A stretch of 64,000 bases of DNA from the human T2T-CHM13v2.0 reference genome, Homo sapiens, in the NCBI RefSeq assembly GCF_009914755.1, contig NC_060930.1; one strand, 5' to 3'. The position numbers were made by a program, and so were the translations under genes. Shown here one piece after another: positions 58,546 through 64,000 of this stretch. Under the pieces are notes generated by a model that did no database searches, was not told the DNA's origin, and saw nothing but the letters and a program-made list of their open reading frames with translations. Position 1 is the stretch's first letter. Every line of letters starts with the position of its first letter.

Positions 58546-61509
58546 AAAAATCTTGCAATCTTTTCTCAACTCAAAGTAAAGGCACACACACCAAAAAAAG
58601 CCTCATCAAAATTATCAGGCCTCTTGTGTCTCTGGCCTACTACATTTGTCCTAGGTATCTTCTTCCCAGCCACAGTGCCCCCCACTCCTTGCTGTCACTT
58701 AAACACTCTAGGTACATTCTTATTCAGGTCTTTGCACTTGCTATTTCCTCTGCCTACAATATTCGTCTCCCAGGAGGCTTGCTCTCTCACTTCCTTTAGG
58801 TCTTTACCCAAATGTCAACTCAATGAGATCTTCTCTGTCCTCCCTACATAAAATTTCAACTCCTCCCTGTCAATCCCCCACAGTCTCTATCCCCTTTTCT
58901 GCCATATTCTGGAACATAGTAAGATCTTGATAAGCATTTGTTTAATGAATAAAAACTAAAGAAAAGGGAATAGCAATAAAACAAAGTCTATATTAGACAT
59001 AATATTTTAAAAATGAAATCTATTTTTAAATGTCTCCCAGAAATTCATGAAGCACTCTCTAAGATTTCTTAAAAGTCTTTAATTAATAGACAAGAGTTAT
59101 TTATAAGTGGCATATAAATCTTTTGGAAACAATCAGATGCTATTAAAGTATTTAAAAGAGTTTGAAAGAATTCTTCTTGAGAATGAGAAATATTAACAGA
59201 TGAATTTTATAGAATTATTGATTATTTATCTTCGCTGCAGACTTAAACTGGAATTCATTCTTTTCTCTGAGACTACCCAGACAAAGCATTTTATATTTAA
59301 TTTGAATTTGATCTTTAATAGTTAAAGAAAATAAAATTAAGTAACATACCAAAACTTATATAATCCACCTAATAGATACATAGTAGGGACATAGTAAAAT
59401 GAAGGTTCTTTCTTCTGGTTTACTGTTGTTATTATTATTTTATAAAGTATTTTTATAATTTACTGTCTAAACTACATGTCTCATAATCACAGTGTTTCTA
59501 TAAGCAATTTAAAATATTTTTCCAATTATATAACTTTTGCCAGAAAGGGAGCTAGTCACTAAGTAGAATAAAACTTAAGACTTTTCTTACTGTTTCTTAG
59601 GGAAAATTTGCTACTTAGACATTACCTTCATGAGCTATCTAAGGTAGCTGCTATTGTATATATTTAATATTTTAAATATAAGGAGTCCGAAAAGCAAAAG
59701 TCATGAACCAAATAATAGTTGAATTTAAATTTTAAATTTTAAACTGAATGCTGGATATTAAAGAGGGAGACATTAGTAACTTGGTTGGTAGCTTTACATC
59801 ATATAATGTAAGGAAATACAATCATTATTTTTTTTGAGGGGAGATGTTTGGCCACCTTCTGATGATTTCTTAGCCTGGAGGGAAGCTTCTGAATATAAGC
59901 CGTCGAAATGACAGTGAAGAACTGAAGTTCAGCAAAGTCTGGAGAGATTTAGGAACAAAGAAAGGTTTTTCAGTTTGTGGGTTTTTTTTTTTTTTTTTTA
60001 AGAACTATGAAATTAGTTCCTAATCCAGAGGGTCAGACGCTCCTGGTTTCAAATGAGCTCTCAAACTGCATTTAAGCTCCTCGAAATGAGGGTTGCTGAT
60101 TGAAATTTGGGGGAAGCAGAAAGTGACTTGCTACTTCTGTTTGTTTTAGTGATTTACCCTTCCTCCTGACATTATATTACTTTCTTTAAAAGATATTGTT
60201 GAATCCATTGTTTGGTAGACTGTTTTTCATTCACCCATCAAAGCACCCTGCCTCCTTCTTTTCAGAGTATTATCCAGAGTGCATACAGGTAGATAAAAAG
60301 AAGGATATAAAGTCAATGGTCATGTGCAGAAATTAGCTTCAGTTAGAAAAATAAGTAGTAGATATCCAGTGGTTTTGACTTTTTACTCTTTGAAAGTCTC
60401 CCTGGAGAGAAGAGAAAGGGAGAAAAATGTCCCTCTAGTTCCTACAGAGTTTTCCTCTCTAGTTAGTCGTAAACCTGAGTGACAGAGAAAAGATGAAGGC
60501 CTCTGCTGCTGCTAGGAAAAGAAATCAGTATAAGAATATTTTACATAACCTTGCACAAAAACCATCATTATATGTGCATAACCTTTAGCTCCACCCAAAA
60601 CCAATCCTCAATTAAAGTAACAACAATACTAAGAGTCATGCTGAGAATCATTTATCCAGCCTCTGAAGTATTCCTCCTTCTTCATAGGAAATATATAATT
60701 TCTTCTTTTTCTTTTAATTATATACCTGTGCATTTATGTTGGTGGATATGGTAAAAGCTTTGAATTGGTGCACCAGTCTCTATCGCCTGACAAAGTGCCA
60801 TAGAATGGCTGCCACATCCCCTGTATATTTATTTAAGGCTGTAAGTCTTTCTTCAAAATATAAACTATAAAAATATAAACGTTGTATTTGCCATTAGGAT
60901 GGCTGTGAATTTATTTTTCTTTCTTGTTAAGTGGGTTCAATTTGCACTTATGACAAACCAGCAAAGGGGGTGAAAACAAAATCTATTGAGATTGATGATA
61001 TTATCATCGCATGGCTGGTTTTAAGCCTTGAAACCCCATATCACAGACTTCTGAAAACTTGACCCAAAGGAATCTATAGTAGTAATCCAGTTGACACATA
61101 ACAAAAGCCAAGTGTGAATATGGGCATGCATGTGTATATGTGCGGGTGTACCTGCTTGTGTGTGTGTGTGTGTTTGTGTGTTTGTCTATCTTGCTATTTT
61201 CTATTTGTAGACATTGGAAGGCTTACTTCTTCACTACACAGGCTATCCAAGGAATTTCCACTGAAGCAGCAGGAAGTCAGATAAATCATAATTAATTAAT
61301 TCTATATTGAACCAAATCCCAGCCCCAACTCCAATATACTTGTTAGACTCTGCTTTAGATTGCATATAATTGCTTGTAATTGACCTAAATAAATATGAAT
61401 CTCCCCTGATTCTGGTCACGAATTTTATTTGTTCTTTCTTGTTTATGTCATGACTGAAAGATCATAGCCAAAAAGAAACAGGACACACTTTTTACTTTTA
61501 CTCTGAAAG

Positions 61510-61775
61510 TCACCACCAAAACCAACAGCATTGCCACCACCACCCTCACCATGACCAAAAACACCACAACCACAACCACATCACCACCACCGTCATTACC
61601 ACCACTACCACATCACCACCACCACCTCCAGCACAACTACCACCATCATTATCACCATCACCATCACCACCATTATCCCTTCATCAGCACACCAACACCA
61701 TCACCACCAACACTACCACTCCCACCTCCTCTACCATCACCACTATCACCCCCACCTCCAGAACCACACTACTAG
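61510..61775. repeat. (CAC/CAT)n degenerate trinucleotide repeat
   Basis: Directly visible. Confidence 0.93.
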
Positions 61776-62654
61776 CACCTAACATGCACCCTGGTTGCAA
61801 TCCTTATGTTACATAGTACTTACCAGTGGTGTTTTCAAAGTAGGTATAATATATGCAGCTGCTCTCTCAGTATTTGCATTGTGAAGCCAGCAAAACCTTG
61901 TTGCAACCTCAGCATCCTTATCAGAGAGAGAACCTCAAATGTAACTTCGTATAATTTTTTGATAAACTTTTTAAGGAAAAGTAAAGTATCATTGGTGAAA
62001 TATGACTTAACTGCTGCCCTTTTAGAAGGTCAGCTTTCCCTATAGAGCCTGTACATCTCAGAAGATAGTAAGGGCCAAGTCCTGCAGGTTCAGAATAATC
62101 TTGAAGATCTTCCAGAAAAATAGATTGAAACAAAAGTGAAAATAGTACTTCACTCTGGTTCAAAACAAGGACTACTCCCTGAGGAAAGAGTTTGGAGGAA
62201 ATTAAACAGATTATAACTAAAGTAACTAGTAAGTTAGAGGATTTTTAGATTTAAATGTGAGAAGTATTAAGGTTTGTAATTTATATAAAAGCCATGAATA
62301 AGATCAATTAGATTTTTTCACCAAATCCCTAAATTTTACATGCAGGACCAAAACCATGAAATTCAAAGAAGATATTTTTAGGATAAATAAATCACCTTTG
62401 TGAGTGGAAAATTTATGATATGGACTACACCAAGTAGTAACATAAACTAGAGATACAAGTAAAATAGATCAAAATCATAAATCTAGATAATGGGAATCTG
62501 GTTATGAGGGATTTTTTAAGCACAATAAAATAAAGACAATGATGTTTTCACATAAAATACTACTTGCCTTACTCTCAGTGTTTTAACATTGGGATCAATG
62601 GACCATTTTTCTCACCCAGAGAATAATGGCAATTTATTCATTGCCATTATTTCA

Positions 62655-62880
62655 AGAGCATGGCCTCTTGGGCCCACTTGCCTCTGTTCAAATCCTGGAT
62701 CCATGACTAATCAGGTAAGTGATTGCTCAGGTCACTTAACTTCTGTTAGGGTTTTCTTAGCTCTAGAATAGTAAGTAATAACTCAGCCTACCTCTCAGGG
62801 TTTTTGTGAAGATTCAATAAGATACTCCATGTAAAGCATTTAGCCCAGTGCAGGATATATAGTAATTGCTCAATTGATTT
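62655..62880 (+). mobile_element. MIR
   Basis: 'tgttcaaatcctggatccatgactaa...cctacctctcagggtttttgtgaagattcaataagat...atgtaaagcatttagc'. Confidence 0.85.
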
Positions 62881-63044
62881 TAAGTTTCCTCTATAATAAC
62901 ATAAAATAAGCAATTTAAAATTTACTATCAAGTTAAATAAAGAAATAGACCCAGCATCCTCTTAAAGATTCAATTAGACCCTGAAAATTCTTTCTTCTTG
63001 TCTTCATGTATCTATCATAAAATGTTAGATCAATAACTTTACTA

Positions 63045-63415
63045 CTGTGTATAATCAGCTAATGCTACAAAATGATGAATTACAAATAACTTCATAGTCT
63101 TGGTGGTTTACATTGTTAAATACTTATTTTTCTCACTCACTGGGGTGGGGTTGAAGTTTCGGTAGTCTCAACCAGACTCAGGTGGGCTTGGCCCAGGTCA
63201 AGGTCTGGGTTAGACCTGCTCCATGAGTTTTAATCCCCACCAGGGACATATAACAAGGCAAATATGAAAGCATATTTTAGGGCCCTATAACATTTCATGA
63301 GCCAAACCAAGTCACATTGCCAAGACCAACATTAAATGGGTCAGAAAAGTACAGTCTACCCTCAGTGCAAGGAGGGGGAGCAAATATACATTGAACAACT
63401 CTCCTAATGATCACT
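63045..63415 (-). mobile_element. Old MLT1 (K/L-like) LTR
   Basis: 'tcagctaatgctacaaa...ttatttttctcactca...gccaaaccaagtcacattgccaagaccaac'. Confidence 0.65.
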
Positions 63416-64000
63416 CCAGTTGATACCAAAGGTGAGCAGAATTTTATAAGAAAGAAGGGTGTGGGGAAGGACTCTCACTGTAAACAAGATAGCTAGAAAT
63501 TGTACTCATGATTCATGCTTCACTTCAAAATAAAGAGTCAAATTTGACAAATACACAGGGGAAAATATAATGGAAGCATCAGACTATGTCCAAAAAGATC
63601 CAATAGACTCCATCATCTGGAGCTTCCAAAAGGATAGTGGCATGATCTCAAAAGTGCACATTGCATTGGCAACACAAAAATACACATTGTTACTCACTCG
63701 AGGAACATGCTCCATTCAACAGTGTTCTTATGTCTTTAAATTAGTATTTATTAAAGCAAGGATATATGCTGTTCAAATAAATTTAACAGAACCTGTAGAA
63801 GCATGGCACGACCTAATTTATGCTGACTGTAAAATACCATTCTAGAGTTTGTATGTCAATAGCAACACATTTCTTAGTCCCCTCTCACTGAAAAATATTG
63901 GATAAAAGCAAAAGCCTGAAGGAGGTAAAAAGATACAAGCATCATATGTCCAGAATCAAATGTATTGTGAGATCCCTGGCCAATGATATTGGTTACTTTG

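Larger units (their letters stand above)
56760..58955 (+). mobile_element. Long L2 fragment interrupted by two Alus
   Basis: 'attctcagtcctcatccttcctgatctgtcagcagcatgtgac', 'cacttgaattattgcaatagcctcctaact', 3' end 'catttgtttaatgaataaa'. Confidence 0.85.

Noticed and set aside
61551-61775. His/Pro/Thr-rich 74-aa ORF
   Set aside because: Translation of a (CAC)n low-complexity repeat; no splice or coding context.

Overview
AT-rich, repeat-dense primate genomic DNA. It is almost certainly human, because it carries an L1HS-Ta 3' end and an AluY. It looks intergenic or deep-intronic. I can support no host protein-coding exon, tRNA/rRNA, CpG island or CRISPR array. All long ORFs are decayed LINE-1 ORF1/ORF2 pieces or chance frames in Alu, LTR or simple repeats. 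Bases 1-24 kb form a nested LINE-1 cluster: three L1PA copies (1-1050 +, 5019-8414 -, 18642-23811 -) embedded in older L1PB/L1M and MLT1 fossils. After it come a complete THE1 (MaLR) element, an MST solo LTR, ten Alus, L2/MIR and hAT MERs. I did not find a new gene system. The most unusual signals concern repeat dynamics. (1) A 401-bp L1HS-Ta 3' end is inserted in exact register inside an older L1. Its inner part is not L1HS but matches the inverted L1 about 18.6 kb away. (2) The three L1PA copies share many non-consensus substitutions, suggesting local L1-to-L1 gene conversion or duplication. (3) There are several templated-insertion or template-switch scars. Candidate regulatory islands are an RFX X-box cluster with a splice donor (12.4-12.6 kb), a promoter-like segment with a short GT-AG intron (27.8-28.3 kb) and a CTCF motif (31.04-31.07 kb). 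Subfamily names come from recalled consensus sequences, and old-repeat boundaries are approximate.
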